Shown in pieces: positions 62,175-64,000 of a stretch of DNA of 64,000 bases. The number at the start of each line of letters is the position of its first letter. The stretch's first letter is position 1. Source of the stretch: an uncultured Candidatus Peribacteria bacterium (GTDB taxonomy: Bacteria; Patescibacteriota; Gracilibacteria; RBG-16-42-10); NCBI GenBank assembly GCA_964514565.1, contig CAZERA010000005.1, forward strand, positions 1 through 64,000, in the 5' to 3' direction. Both the position numbers and the translations under genes were made by a program. The notes beneath the pieces are model-generated. The model worked only from the letters and a program-made list of their open reading frames with translations. It searched no databases and was not told where the DNA came from.

Positions 62175-62624
62175 CTAGTATAAAGGCAGGCCAGTTTTTG
62201 GTAAACGATCATTAATGATGTCTGCCAAGAGAGCATTGATCCATCCTGTCCTAAAATCAAATGGAGCTAGACTCACCATATCTAAATTCACCCATCGAAT
62301 TTCTAATATCTCCTCCAGATCATAAGTAAAGTGCTTTACATCTTGTTTAAGCTCCACCAAATACACATGCTTACAAGTGGACTCTGCTTTCTCATGCACA
62401 ATGCCAAGATGCCTATAGCTGTAGAGATGCGATTTTATACCAGTCTCCTCTTCCACTTCTCGCATCATCCCCTCATCTAGACTCTCTCCTTTATCCACTT
62501 TCCCACCTGGCAGTCCCCACTTGCCACACTTATCCTTAGGTTTATTAATCCTCACCAAAAGCACTTTCCCCTGAAAAGTAACAACCGCCCCAGCAGCAAC
62601 ATGAATCCGAAGTGGCCCTTTCAT
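62175..62624 (-). CDS. NUDIX hydrolase
   Basis: WGLPGGKVDKGESLDEGMMREVEEETG. Confidence 0.93.
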   Translation of the reverse strand: MKGPLRIHVAAGAVVTFQGKVLLVRINKPKDKCGKWGLPGGKVDKGESLDEGMMREVEEETGIKSHLYSYRHLGIVHEKAESTCKHVYLVELKQDVKHFTYDLEEILEIRWVNLDMVSLAPFDFRTGWINALLADIINDRLPKTGLPLY

Positions 62625-62675
62625 CCTAAATAAAAGTAAAATAATACGAGATATCAATCCTCTCCAAGCCCACAA

Positions 62676-62724
62676 AATTCTTACCTCTTCTCTCTTACTT
62701 CTTACCTCGCTAGTATGCTATACT
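62676..62724 (+). repeat. family A right arm only, followed by an extended -10
   Basis: TTCTTACCTCTTCTCTCTTACTTCTTACCTC then TGCTATACT (TTACTT-N18-TATACT). Confidence 0.7.
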
Positions 62725-62750
62725 ACTAGGAAACACAAATATCAACCCCC

Positions 62751-64000
62751 ATGCCTTCCCCTCTTTTTTCCTTGATAAAAGGAGCTGAAACCATATTCAA
62801 TCGCTACAAAAGAATCAGTATTGCACTAATACTGATAGTCTTGATTAGCACACAATTCCCACTACTTCAGCATATTGCTATCACTCAAGCAGCAGATACA
62901 ATCAGCAGCCAAATTCATACATTTAACTACGCCTTTCCAACAGTACAAGACACAACTAATGCGCCACCTGGTGTAATCCTCAGACACGGTGACCAATTCG
63001 GTTTCTTTGCCCAAATTACCAACAATAGCGCTGTCTTTTCGGCTACCAGTCCTGATGCTCAGATTGAAATGCCCTCCTTAGTAGATTTCGATATTGTCAC
63101 AGGAGGGATGAGCAGCTATACCGATTTAGACTGTAGATACGTGGTACAGACTACAGGCACACTCAATTACAACGCAGATTATTTTGGGGCTGGTACAAGC
63201 TGTACTATTAGCATAGCATCAGGAACAGACATTCATCTTGCGGGTACAAGTAGTATTGGTGTTGGCCAAACTGGATATTTTAGGCTTACTGGCATGCAGG
63301 CCCAAGCAACGACTCCTTTTAGTCCTTTTGTATTGGCTGCCAAAGGCAGTGGAAAAGCAAACTTAAACAGTATATCGGTAAATACTGGACAACCAAGCAC
63401 CACTTACCTAAAAATTGGCGATGCTACTATTAGTGGGTCAATTTTTTACGACAATGGGACACCAGTTGACGCTGACAATGGCACAAAACAACTATCTGAA
63501 TCACTAGTAACCACACCGGGTAGTGTCACTGCAGTAGTATCAGATGGAACACGAAGCTATACCGGATTAGTCGACGGCAGTGGAAACTATTCAGTTCGTG
63601 TACCTGAAAACAATGAAGTAGGAGCTACAGTCTACTTTATGGCTACTCCTATTATTCCTAGTGGATTCAGGGTAACTACACCTTTTAGCTCAACATGGGT
63701 CCTCCCCACTGGTGATAGCGCCACCCAAAACATCGGTATCAATAATCAAACTGATCTTTCTATCTCAATGACTGGGTCCCCAGGCACAGCCACTCAAGGC
63801 AGTGCAGTCCAATTCGATACTACCATCTCCAACCACGGACCAGCGGCAGCGACTAATGTTCATGTATCTATTCCATCTAGCGGCTCAAACTACTCATATT
63901 TAAGTTCCCTCCCACCGAGTGGGACTACCTACAACTCCTCTACAGGTGAATGGATTATTCCTGTCTTACCAAGTGGTGGCAATCTGACTATTTATATTAC
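62751..64000 (+). CDS. large secreted surface protein with SdrD-B-like and DUF11 domains (partial; runs off window)
   Basis: Not in the ORF track because it has no stop in the window. ATG 62751, hydrophobic leader RISIALILIVLI, ISGSIFYDNG, and in-frame DLSISMTGSP...TISNHGPAAATNVHV...YNSSTGEWII. Confidence 0.85.
   Translation, partial: MPSPLFSLIKGAETIFNRYKRISIALILIVLISTQFPLLQHIAITQAADTISSQIHTFNYAFPTVQDTTNAPPGVILRHGDQFGFFAQITNNSAVFSATSPDAQIEMPSLVDFDIVTGGMSSYTDLDCRYVVQTTGTLNYNADYFGAGTSCTISIASGTDIHLAGTSSIGVGQTGYFRLTGMQAQATTPFSPFVLAAKGSGKANLNSISVNTGQPSTTYLKIGDATISGSIFYDNGTPVDADNGTKQLSESLVTTPGSVTAVVSDGTRSYTGLVDGSGNYSVRVPENNEVGATVYFMATPIIPSGFRVTTPFSSTWVLPTGDSATQNIGINNQTDLSISMTGSPGTATQGSAVQFDTTISNHGPAAATNVHVSIPSSGSNYSYLSSLPPSGTTYNSSTGEWIIPVLPSGGNLTIYI

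Noticed and set aside
2590..62624. Genetic code 25 (UGA=Gly) for this genome
   Set aside because: Conserved genes are full-length under code 11 with no internal TGA, and sufD and sufS end at TGA at the expected lengths.
60383..62624. HD hydrolase plus NUDIX as an anti-phage defence system
   Set aside because: Both look like ordinary housecleaning nucleotidases, separated by a lipoprotein, with no defence-type partner.
27476..62675. Long N-terminal extensions in ORF-track calls (27476, 28198, 33635, 49893, 53545, 55479, 60383, 61041, 62175)
   Set aside because: The extensions run through promoters, repeats or neighbouring genes; downstream ATGs match family starts or operon spacing.
6582..62724. 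Dispersed repeats as a CRISPR array or integron attC array
   Set aside because: Not regularly spaced, no cas or intI gene, and no clear RYYYAAC/GTTRRRY ends.

Overview
Chromosomal window from a small-genome, AT-rich bacterium, most likely Patescibacteria/CPR and possibly a Gracilibacteria-related lineage. This is inferred from the DUF4012 protein, CPR-type GT2, VirB2-like pilins, a VirD4/DUF87-like ATPase, SLH proteins, lipoproteins with LspA, and the near absence of Shine-Dalgarno motifs. It uses code 11, but UGA stops are rare. RNA genes: the 5' two-thirds of a stand-alone 23S rRNA gene (own promoter, no linked 16S, ~90-nt hairpin expansion after H54) and three tRNAs (Thr-CGT, Asp-GTC, Glu-CTC). 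Housekeeping and metabolic genes: lepB, ftsE, pcrA, lspA, rpsP-khpA, yajQ, rplJL with L10 leader, typA, a complete sufBDSUC operon behind a Cys-rich ArsR regulator, and a class II photolyase. There are also modular surface proteins and several orphan blocks. The best candidate for an undescribed system is 34.5-45.8 kb: a 2127-aa signal-less repetitive helical protein and small orphans are bracketed by two homologous palindromic elements, each abutting an extended -10 promoter, and are followed by a VirD4-like ATPase; tandem VirB2-like pilins lie about 5 kb further on. A second theme is heptamer-periodic intergenic repeats and mini-hairpins; one hairpin interrupts a duplicated tRNA 5' fragment and one matches the tip of 23S helix 25. 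All calls are by-eye motif recognition; no searches were run.
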